Shown: piece by piece, positions 24,993 through 36,374 of the stretch
How positions within the stretch are numbered: position 1 is the first letter of the stretch
Layout: each line of letters begins with the position of its first letter
From: Bigelowiella natans CCMP2755
Taxonomy: Eukaryota; Protista; Cercozoa
NCBI GenBank assembly: GCA_000320545.1
Contig: ADNK01003343.1
Location: forward strand, 1 to 64,000
Length of the DNA stretch: 64,000 bases
Reading direction: 5' to 3'
Notes under the pieces: model-generated
What the model was told of the DNA's origin: nothing
Databases searched by the model: none
The model's input: the letters and a program-made list of their open reading frames with translations, nothing else
Made by a program: the position numbers and the translations under genes

Positions 24993-26572
24993 TCGCTGGT
25001 GTGTGTTGTACACGAAAACACCATGCATGCAGCGGTGCATGATGGCGCTTGTTTGTATGTGAATGAATCTGGATAGAAGCATATTTCCTCCTGCCTGCGC
25101 CACGTTGCCCAGCGGTGTATCATGTTATGTCACACATTCAAGCTTAAGAATACAAGGGAAGCAGCCAAAACATTGATGTTGAAACATCTGGAGCACTATA
25201 GCAGGCGTCGTGTGCTACTTTCGGCCAACATTAATTACTAATAGTCTAGATAAGCTTGCATGTTAACGGAGACGGCGCACGTGCAGCTGGCGACTACCAG
25301 TATTTTCGATGTTCTTGTCCACGACTTGCGATGACTGTGCTGTTAGCGAATACGCATGCTACATCGACCAACCGTGGGGCGTAGCTGCTATGTATAGCGC
25401 ACTATGCGAAGCCGATCAATGGCCGGCTACAACTGCTCAGCTTGCACGCTATAACATGTGGCAAGACTGCAATATTAATAAAATGTGTAACGAATGGATG
25501 CCACTCGCGTACCGCCATGGCATTATTGCTCCGTCAATGATGCATGGAGAGATACTAGCCGTACATGCTTGTATATCATGTGTGGTCGCACAATTTCATT
25601 TTGACATTGCTGCAGTTTTTTCGACGAAAACAACAATGTGGCAATAATGTAGTGCAACGATATTATTATCATGTTGAAATTTAACACGCATAGATACTTC
25701 CATATACACAGCTACATTAGAATGACTGGTGAAAAAATGTAATCGTTTCATGACATCCGTCTCACACTACTGTGTACCGTACTATTGTACACAGCCGCAT
25801 AAAGTTATGTAGATTGAAAGTGTTGGAAAATCTTCTATCGCAGATGGTTGGCATCTAAAGCACGCTCTGTGACTAGCTAAGGATCTGAAGAATCATCCTC
25901 TCAGCAAGCTAATTCGAGCCAAAATTTGTCCGCCTGAGATCAAAAGCCAGAGTAATGCAAAAAACGATTACGAACAGTAAGAAGTAAATCATTACCGGTC
26001 TTTTTGGTCTTCTTGAGATCTCGAGTGAAGCATACTGGTTTATTGTACCTATATCCACATCGCAAAATGTCATGTATTCGACTAGGTACGATCGTAAGTA
26101 TGAGCTTACAGAGGCAAGTGGCAGGTGCAATCTGATCTTTCACCAAGATGATTTAAATCAATGAACCTGAGTAAGAATATATAGTAAGAATAATTTTCTG
26201 GGTTGCTTTGGTAGTAGCATTTTGATGGTTGTTGTATTTGCTCATACGAGAATTCGAAGTCACTGTTGTAGCAGCTTCCATCCTAAATATTGATATTGAA
26301 AACGAGGGCTGAATACAAACGCAGATTCATAGAGAAGAAAAGGTGCATATGATGAAAAAGAAGCACAAAATTAAAACAATCTTCAAAGTTCGTCCCTTGA
26401 TCCATTCTACTTACCCTTCTCTCTTTCCTCTGCTGGAGCTGGATGAAAAGGAAGCGCGGCACCTTCTCTCTGAGATAGGAAAAATCGTTCGCTCACGTCG
26501 ATTTGGAAAATAGCATCAACATATGGTTTATATTCCTTAACCAATATCGATCATCATATCTTGTGCGCGTAT

Positions 26573-29500
26573 TTAGCTTTCGTAATACCTTCCCTTCACG
26601 ACGTAGATCGGACTGGAAACATCACCAGGCGCTGTTCGCGCCGGCTTCCCGACAACACTACCCTGAAAGGACATTGAGGCTTTAGAAGACCATATACTGC
26701 AGTTCAAACATCGGAAAGGTACCAGATCATCAACAATAGTGACTACGAAAAATGTCTTGCCGGTGTGCACTGATGCTGCTGACCCCTCCGCGTCAAAGGA
26801 CATATCGCTCTTCGCTTTTGTACAGCAAAGCAGAACAGCATCAGATTGGAAAGGACGCGATTGAAATAATATATGATCGCGTGAAACCTAAATTCGTCGA
26901 CTCCTTGCTACCGATCTTCTTCGTCTGAGATAAATGGTTATCTGTTTGCGCGCATTTCTTTGAGTTAAAAAAAAATGAATGATATTACCGAAAATGACCT
27001 CGACAGCTTGCTGTTGGATCCCTTGATGGACATAACCCCATCGTCCAGTTTAAGCTTTTTCTGCGAAGAATTCATGTGATACATGATTTCAGCATTGAAC
27101 TACATCATCCAATGCTTCCTATCACCTTCTTTGCATCGACGGACTCAATAGTAAGCTTCCAAACCTCCGCTCCCTTGATCTACCGCAATGTGATAAAATT
27201 AAACGAGCGATAGATTGAGCCAATGAGTGAATACAACGGTAGGATCTACCTGTTTGGTGATATCATATGAGAATGCCGACCACTCCATCCAATTGTTTGC
27301 ATGGTCCTTATTATTTGCGGTGCCCTTACTGGACTCCGCTCCAGAAACCTTTACACGTGTATGGAATTCAGCAACAACAACAACACTGAAAACACTTATG
27401 CAGATGTGACCTTCGAAGCGTCGTCCTTCTTGGCGCTCTCTTGTTTGCGTTCTTCATTATCTTAGTAATTTGTGCAGGAAATTTAAATCAGCTTTAGCTG
27501 CTCTAGGCTATTTTCAGGTCGATCTGCGTGACACTTACCCTTGAGCTTTGCAGACATCTCCAGTGATGCTTTCAGCTTCGTAATCTGATGTTAGTTCAAA
27601 CTTAGCCCTGCTTCCAAATCGATGATGTTTCGGAGCTGGCGCATATTTCACAGTATTTTAGAAATAGAAACCTCGTTTTTGAGAGCTTTCTTCTCTGTCG
27701 TCCAATTTGCCTTTTCGCTTTGTAGAGATGTACATTCTTCACGCAGGTGCTTGAGAGCAGCCTCCTTTTCGATGACCTGCTGCGAGGTTGCTGCCTTGTT
27801 TGAAGAGACGGACACTTTCGCATCCTCGGCAGCCTTCTTAGCTCTCGCAGTCTCGGCAACAGCTTTGGCATTTGCTTCGCTGACAGCTTCTTTTAGCAAC
27901 CTTTCCCTTTCCAGCAATTTTGCATGCTCATCACGCAATTGCTGCAGAGCTTTATTCGTAGCAGCAGCCTCTTCAGAAGCAGCCGTTGTTCTGTCTTTAG
28001 CTTCCTTGTCCGTTGCAGCGGAGGCATCGGGAACGTTCTCTTCTCTCGGCGAGGCATTAGCTGCTACTTCAATAGTTGTAATGTCTCCACTGGTGCGCCC
28101 CATTTCAGTCTTTTTCAGATTTTTGATGTGAACGTAGGCGTCTCCAAAGGAGAGCTTCACTTGTTTGATGTCTGACGGGTTCGGGTTGACTTCACGCCTG
28201 AGATATAGTGGTGTAGTTGTAGCGTGCTTCAGCGAAACTCATTCTACGCTCATAAACAAAATTCAAGTACCCTCTTCCGTATGGCGTCTCCCATAGCTGT
28301 AATTTCGCATCTCCACTGGTACCACCCATTTCAGTCTTTTTCAGATTTTTGATGTGAACGTAGGCGTCTCCAAAGGAGAGCTTCACTTGTTTGATGTCTG
28401 ACGGGTTCGGGTTGACTTCACGCCTGAGATATAGTGGTGTAGTTGTAGCGTGCTTCAGCGAAACTCATTCTACGCTCATAAACAAAATTCAAGTACCCTC
28501 TTCCGTATGGCGTCTCCCATAGCTGTAATTTCGCATCTCCACTGGTACCACCCATTTCAGTCTTTTTCAGATTTTTGATGTGAACGTAGGCGTCTCCAAA
28601 GGAGAGCTTCACTTGTTTGATGTCTGACGGGTTCGGGTTGACTTCACGCCTGAGATATAGTGGTGTAGTTGTAGCGTGCTTCAGCGAAACTCATTCTACG
28701 CTCATAAACAAAATTCAAGTACCCTCTTCCGTATGGCGTCTCCCATAGCTGTAATTTCGCATCTCCACTGGTACCACCCATTTCAGTCTTTTTCAGATTT
28801 TTGATGTGAACGTAGGCGTCTCCAAAGGAGAGCTTCACTTGTTTGATGTCTGACGGGTTCGGGTTGACTTTACGCCTGAGATACAGGGTGACTCAGCGAA
28901 GCTCAATCGACATTCATAAAAACCATTCAAGTACCCTATTCCGTATGGAGTCTCCCAAAGCTGTAATTTCGCATCCCCACTGGTGCATCCCGTTTCAGCC
29001 TTTTTCAGATTTTTGATATGAACGTAGGCGTCTCCAAAGGAAAGCTTCACTTGTTGGATGTCTGACTTCTTCGGGTTGACTTCACGCCTGAGATATATTA
29101 ATGATTGTGGCGCGCTTCAGCGAAACTCAATTGACACTCAGGAACAACATTCAAGTACCCTATTCCGTATGGAGTCTCCCAATATTGAGCTTGCAACGGA
29201 TTGATAACGGACTTATCTGCGAGGGCTCCTTCTTTGAATTTGATATCCTCTTGTTCGGCATCTAGCTCCTTAACACTTTCTTCCTTGAGCTTGGTGGATC
29301 CAAATTCAAGCTGTACGGTGCAGATTCCGTCTTTCTTTTCAATCAGGATGCTACAGGAAAGCAATAAGATGTTAAGATATTGCGAGGTCGGTATGAGGCA
29401 TACTCCCTTACCCTTCTCCATACGGTGTGGAAACGCGTGGTGCCTTCTTCAGATTTTTGATGTGGACGTAAGCGTCTCCGAAGCTAAGCTTCACTTTTCT

Positions 29501-29758
29501 AATTTCTGTCGAACTCAGCTTGGCTTCAAGCCTGAGATACAGGGCGCATCGTTATGAAGGAAATTCAGCCGGTAGTACGGATGAAACGTCAAATACCCTG
29601 TTCCGTAGGGAGTGACCCAGTATTGTCCTGCAAGCAAATTCAGAGTTACCATCACGCTTCTTTTGACTTCTGCGACAACGTTACGGATAATCGCGACCTG
29701 CTGCTGCGTCCCCCTCTACAGCCCCAGAGTTACATTGGCAATAGAAGGCCTGACCCAT
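26573..29758 (-). CDS. Putative N-myristoylated protein with tandem TPYGxG small beta-barrel-like repeats and a coiled coil, multi-exon
   Basis: Start MGQAFYCQC. Repeated WETPYGxG-REVNP...VKLSFGDAYVHIKNLKK units after splicing. Long heptad exon at 27650-28080. 3' end uncertain. Confidence 0.6.
28084..29185 (-). repeat. 226-bp tandem repeat = 153-bp exon + 73-bp GT-AG intron
   Basis: Three apparently identical units at 28191-28868 plus diverged or partial units on both sides. Intron GTACTT...TCTCAG. Confidence 0.92.
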
Positions 29759-30268
29759 GATTGCTTTTGATGTAGCTCTCGTCGACGTGAGAAGCGACGA
29801 CGGGGGAACCGCGTAATGCGATAACCGAAGAGACCAGACGCGCAAAAATACCGATAATTTTCGGATAAAAAGCGAAACGCCAAGCAAAACGGCCTGCGTT
29901 TTCTTCTTCGCTTTCCGCATAAGAGCAGCCCGCCGCAGACACCAGAGCAGCGGATTTTCCCAGGTTTTCCCTGAAAAAGATACCGTCAGGCGGGATTTTG
30001 TCATGAGACACGAGAGTATGAGAAGCCGTCTTTCCCAGCTTCCTTTTCCAGGAGCACCGGCCGTTCTTTACGAGCGACAACGACTTTTCTCCCTCCGCCT
30101 GCGATCGAGAGCGGAAGCGGGGCTTTAACGGATCCCAGAGGGATTGCTGGGCTACGTGCTAGCCGAATGTCAGGAAAGGAAGAGCACCGGAGGTAAGATC
30201 TCTCCCTCGACGGAGGGACTCGCCACCTGAGGGGAAGAGAGCATATTCGAGAGGGGGGCACCGAGGAC

Positions 30269-33200
30269 ATGTACTTCGTACACAAGGTGCCATCCCGGCG
30301 GAAGCTATCCGTCGCCTCTCCCGCCTCCCAATCCAGATCTTTGTCTTTAGAAGAAGGGGTTGGAAACTCGGCGGAAGTACCACCCCATTCCCACGAGAAG
30401 CAAGGATTATGCCGCAATGAGGAAGGAAATAGACGGTATACACCCAAGTCTGCTGCTGAGTTTGATGTGTTGGACCGAGCCTTAAGTTGACATGAATTTT
30501 GCGTGCTTTTAGTGGGGAACAGCGGACTCATAGCTGCAAAGATGGCCGGTGTGGTGAAAACGGCCACAAGCATCACCATCATAAGCACCAAGAACGACCA
30601 AACCATCATCATCATCATCAAAAACAACAACATCATCATCATCATAGTAGTAACGGTCGCCATCAAAATAATCATAGTCATTGCTGTGGAAGCCAACATC
30701 ACCACCCCAACTACGAAGGGGTACACAATGCAGCAACCGATGAGAACAGCGGCAAATTCTCCTCACGATCCCAATCTCCCCATAACCACCACAACCACCA
30801 TAATCACCGCAGTCACAACCATGGCGACGATAGGTTGGTAGAACACAAATGTGATCGTAACCACCCCCACCCCACCCACCACCCCACGCACCACCACCAT
30901 GAAAATAAGAAACACCATGAGTTGGAGAGCCGGAAGCACAAATACGACAATACCATGGCACTCGAAGACGTGGAGATCGGGGGAGGAGGGGGTGCTGCAG
31001 CGCCCTTCCCGCGCAAATCGTTCACGTCGCTTCATGTAGAAGGGATATGCTGCTCAAGCGAGGTTCCCATTGTAGAGAAGCTGCTGTATGCCGTCTCCGG
31101 TGTCTCCTCCGTTAGCGTGAATGTTACTTCGCGATCAGTCCTGATTGAGTACGATTCTGATGCTACTTCTCCTGATGAGCTCGCCAAAGCCCTCACCCGT
31201 GGAGGACTTGAGGCATTCGTGAGAGACAGCAGGAAGACCTGCGAAGATGGTCAGGATAATAGTGCGAGCGCTGCATCGAACGCCTTGCCAAACTGGAAGG
31301 TATGCGTCGCCCTGCTGCTGTGGGTCATCTCGATGCTCCACCACGTGGGAGGTCGGGCGCAGAGCTTGAAGTACCTCGCGTTTGGTTCCATACTCCTCAC
31401 TGGGTATCCGGTGCTGAAGCGAGCTTTGACAGCCGTGAGAAACTGCATCTTCGACATCAACTGCCTCACGTTGATTGCCGGAGTAGGGGCTGTGGCACTG
31501 GGCGATTATTCAGAGGCTGGAGCAGTCTTTACGCTGTTCTCTCTGGCAGGGTGGTTGGAAGATAAGACCTCCGCCAACATCAAGGCGGCCATGCAGGAAA
31601 TCGTGAGCCTGAAGCCTGCAGCTGCTCTCCGCGTACGAGGACCAGAGGGCAGCAAGGAAAAACTGGACGACAATTCTGAAAATGTAGATGACGACAACAC
31701 AGCTGTTATGGTGGGGGGTGAGCACGATCATCGAAAGCATAGGATAGAAGAGCATAAGGTGTCCTCCTTTTCTCGTGAAGAGGGGCACATCGCCACCTGC
31801 GGGCAAGAGCAGCAGCATCGCTGTTGTCATCATGATAACCATGACGATATTGATCACCACCACCACCACCACCACCACCGTCATAACAACCGCCATCATC
31901 ACCAACACAACGTCGTTTATGATGACGATGAAGATCTGGCTCCGCTGATTCTGGAGAAAAAGACGAAGAAAGTTCCTACAGAGGAGAAGCAATTACACGG
32001 CTGCTGTGACGGCCACCACAGCACGCGTGATCACTATAGGCGGCGGTGCAACAAGCACCACAACCATCATTATGACTGTGCCCACAAAAGTTCACATGGA
32101 TGCTCCCATAGTCATCACCAGCATCATCATCATCATCAACATCATCATCATCATCATCATCCCACCGCTGAAAAACAACCTCCACAAGACATAGAGAAGA
32201 TCTGCATAGAGGACGTGAGGGTTGGCGACTGCTTACAGGTGGAACCCGGGGCTAAGATCCCCATAGATGGCGTGGTGCTTAGAGGCCACGCACTGATTGA
32301 CCAGTCAATCCTCACTGGAGAGTCGAGGCCTATCGAGAAGAGAAAGAGTGACAAGGTATACGCAGGGACCGTGAACGTTGCAGGGAGGATGTGCATCAGG
32401 GCGACCGCGAGGGCCTCGGAGTCCGCTGTGAGCAGGCTGGTGGCGCTGATAGAGAAAGCACAGGCGCAGAAGTCCCCCACGGAGAAGCTCGTCGCCTCGT
32501 TTGCGAAGGTGTACACCCCCGTGATTCTCTGCGGCGCGGTGATAATGGCTGTCCTCCCTTGGGTGCTGGACCCTAACGCAACGGACTCTAACTTCATGTG
32601 GATGCGGCGCTCGCTCATCCTCCTCGTCACATCATGTCCCTGCGCCCTGCTCATTTCCACCCCCATCGCCTACGCGTGCGCTATTTCAACGGCGGGGAGG
32701 AACAGGGTGTTGGTCAAGGGGGGGCAGCACCTCGAGACGCTGCGGAAGCTTTCTGTCGTTGCGATGGACAAAACCGGAACCATCACGCAGGGGAGATTCG
32801 CCGTCGAGCACTTCGTCTTCATAGAGGGTAAGAGCGCGGGCATGGCGCACGTGCTGCGTGGGGTGTGTGCTGTGGAGTCATTCTCAACCCATCCTGTGGC
32901 CAAGGCTCTCGTCGAGTATTCAAAGGAAAAGCTGGGGCATCTACTTGAGGACGATGGGTCAACAACTTGGCCGCCGTCTTCTGAGGTCAGCCATTTCAAG
33001 ATCGAGGAAGGGCACGGGGTGTCGGCAACATACAATAGAGACAGGATTTACATAGGAAGTGCTCGAGAAGGAGGAGGAGGAGGAGGAGGAGGAGAGAGAA
33101 GGCAAGATGCGAAGGAGGGCAATGGTGGTAAGCTTCTCCCAGGAGATCGGTGGTTGGCCAAAACGGAAGAGTGGGAAACGCAAGGGGGTACTACGGGATG

Positions 33201-34083
33201 GATCATCCTGAATGGCAGGCCCATAGCTTGTTACAGCGTGATTGACACCCTCAGAAGCGAAGCTATGGACACCGTCGAGGACCTACAGAAAGCGCACGGA
33301 ATCAGAGTCGTGATACTGACCGGCGATAACGAAGGGGCCAGTAGACGTGTAGCTGACACCGTCGGCATCGAGGCAGATGACGTGCACTTTGGGTTGCTAC
33401 CGCGAGGCAAAACCGAGTCTATAAAGCAGCTCAGAAATGTTGTAGTAGGAGATTCCCTACATGACGCGAAGAAGAAGAAGCGCAGCATCGTAGTCGCTAT
33501 GGTTGGTGACGGTGTGAACGACGCTCCCGCCATTGCTGCCGCTGACGTGGGCATCTCAATGGGGTGCGCCGGGGCCGCAGCCTCCGCCATGGAAACGGCG
33601 GATGTCGTCCTTATGGACGGCGACTTGAAGAAATTGAGCTTCCTCATTCACCTCAGCGCTCGCGTGCACAGCACCATCGTGGAGAACGTGACACTGGCAG
33701 TTGTGATGAAAGCTATGGTCGTGGTGATGACCTTCCTAGGGTGGGCATGGCTGTGGTTAGCCGTCGTGGCGGATGTAGGATCGATGCTGCTCGTCACCAT
33801 CAACAGCACGCGCCTACTGCAGAGCAAGCAGAAGCTGCAGTTCCGCAAGGAGATTCTCAGACAGATTCGCGACGGGGGCGAAAATGTCATTGTGGTCAAC
33901 GAATCCGACGACGAGGAGATAGACTTTAAGCAATCATCTAATCTCATTGTCATACAGAAAACCAACCAGCTTCACAGCGAAATACCGGTCCCTACCACCC
34001 TCCCCCTCCCCCCTCCCCCCTCCCCCCTCCCCCCATTTTTTTTTTCCCAGAGCAAACGGACGGAGGAGGGGGGTGGAAGATGA
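30269..34083 (+). CDS. P1B-type heavy-metal (Zn/Cd, HMA2/4-like) ATPase with His-rich N-terminus and His-rich insertion
   Basis: GICCSSEVP metal-binding domain, LTGES, SCPC, DKTGT, ESFSTHP, GDGVNDAPA. A frame-preserving intron at 30436-30512 links to the ATG at 30269; true start uncertain. Confidence 0.93.
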
Positions 34084-35092
34084 AAAGCACGCCTAATGAT
34101 ACCTAATTGTGAGGGAAGCCTATTCTTTTTCTGTCACACTAATACTATTGCTTTTTCAGCTGCGTAGCTTGGCTGCTGCTGGTTTTGCTCCGAAGTAAAA
34201 GATTCTGTGCAGCGACGTGATGTTAGTTTCGGCTCCGCGGAGAATCATCCGTTTTGCATATCAACAGTTTCCAGAGCGATTTGGGACGCAATTCATATTA
34301 TCTTCCTGGGAAACAATCTGTGGTCTTGGGCCGTCATATGCGGTTCTGGGCATAACCTTGATCTATGACCGCTGTAGATCCGTAAAAATCATTCTCGTCA
34401 GTCGCTAACGAAACATGTGCGCATTCTATTTATTTATCACGCCAGCCTATCTTATGGAAGCCGAGGCCAATAAGTCCCTCGCATCGTATGTTCGTAAAAG
34501 CTTGTTAGCATAGTTATCTGGTAGGGCTGCATATTTAGATATAGAGCACCGACAACCGAAACCATGTAACATTCTTTTCTTGCCATATATCACATAACGA
34601 CATCTAGAAGAACGTACGTACAGCCTGATGTTGATAAAATACAAAACACACGTTCTTCGTTGCGGATATGTGCTGCATGTGCATATACCTATACGTGTCT
34701 AAGATCTGTGATGCCCAACGTTCCCTTTCTAGCTTTGCACACTCAGTCTCATCAATCTGCCACGCATGCCTGCTACATGTCAACGATCGAACGGTCGTAT
34801 TGCCGCAGCGTTGCACACAGAGCGCAGCACACGCTAGCTGCTTCATGCAAGCTAGCTAGCTAATGCAGTCTTCACCACTTATTAATGCTACACATGCCAC
34901 GCGTATGTGCTAGCGTGCTCGTCACTCATGTAGACATCATTGACTTAGCAAGTCAAGCCCGCACACTATGCAGTGTGAATGAACGTCAGGACTAGAGCAG
35001 GTGTGCACATGCTTACACATTGTTACAAAAAACACATCTAGACATGATGAAATCATGCAGGAATCTTTACTAATATCTGTATCATCCTGCTA

Positions 35093-35653
35093 CTACGTTG
35101 CTGTGGCTGCCTCAAGGATCCAGTCGTATATAATGGCCTCTTCCCGGTTTCGCGCATCTGTGACTTCCTCCGGGTCATCAGGATGGGGGCCTCTGAGATC
35201 CAAGTGGTGGGCCCCCTTCTTCAGGAATATCCAGTACAAGCCCCTTCTCTCGTCGTAGTCGCTGATTACATCCTTGCTCTTAGCAATGAAGCCTCCGCCT
35301 GACCATGGGTCAAGAGCCCCGTTGCTCCAGATGATGTTGCTGACGTTCGCAATAAGCCCGTCGCCAAGCTTGAACCCGCCATACAGCTGGGTCAAACGCG
35401 TGGTGTTCAGCACTGCTCTTCCGTTGAAGATGCGCGAGCAAGGCTTTTCTGCAGAGTCTGCGAGTGAGAAGCTGTAGTTTCGCACACCTCTTGCAGAGAA
35501 TTGGTGGAGATTTTCTGTGCACGACTGCCAACCCCATGAGTTCGGCCCTGGGCCGTCGCCGGGAATCCCTGTTTTTGTTTTTGTTTTTGTCGTTCGATCA
35601 CCGTCACAATCATCATCAGTATTTATCGCTTTTATTGTTCCTCCGACTAGGAA

Positions 35654-35735
<82 letters not shown>

Positions 35736-36334
35736 TGCAGGTTATGACATGCCATCGTGTAGCCACCCCCCGCCTCTCACTACCACCACACACACATACT
35801 CACACGCACACCCCAAACCACAGCAATCAATCTCAAGGGGCCGCTACTTCTCCGTGGCAGAAAATCTACTCGAAAATCTTGTAAGAAGACCGACCTCCTG
35901 GTCCCTCGACGAGAGCCTGCATGCAGTCACTGCTGCCCTCAGTGCCCATCGCCATCTTGGTAATGTGTGCCGCGGCCTCGATCAAGGGAAGAGGAGGAGA
36001 ACTAGCCTTGCCGCTATTTGCTGCCGCTACGAGTGCCTCACACGTGTAATTCACAGGCCACGCTGGCCGGCCACCAACCGGATACCTTATCAATTTTACA
36101 TGGAAGGATGGGGGGGGGGGGGTTACGTATATGTTCGATGTGTATGCGGTGAGAGCAGACACACAGCTTACCGAATAATTGATTGTCCTTTCTGTTTGTC
36201 TATTTATTATTATTGTTATTATTATCATTGTTATTATCATTACGGGTAGTCGAGCTGGGGAAGGCTTTCTAGGGCATATTGAAACAACTCGCTTGGCCTG
36301 TTTTCATCAGCACAGTATAAAAAGAGGAGGGAGG

Positions 36335-36374
<40 letters not shown>

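Noticed and set aside
25909-26480. Short minus-strand ORFs with a hydrophobic stretch downstream of the repeat gene
   Set aside because: Possibly exons of a small membrane-protein gene, but I could not build a consistent model or recognise a family.
28191-28868. Regular repeats resembling a CRISPR array or three small 64-aa genes
   Set aside because: Units are identical along their whole length with no unique spacers. They are explained as exon+intron duplications.
30001-30726. 241-aa minus-strand ORF with Met/Val-rich hydrophobic stretch
   Set aside because: Antisense shadow of the poly-His (CAT/CAC) exon of the P1B ATPase.
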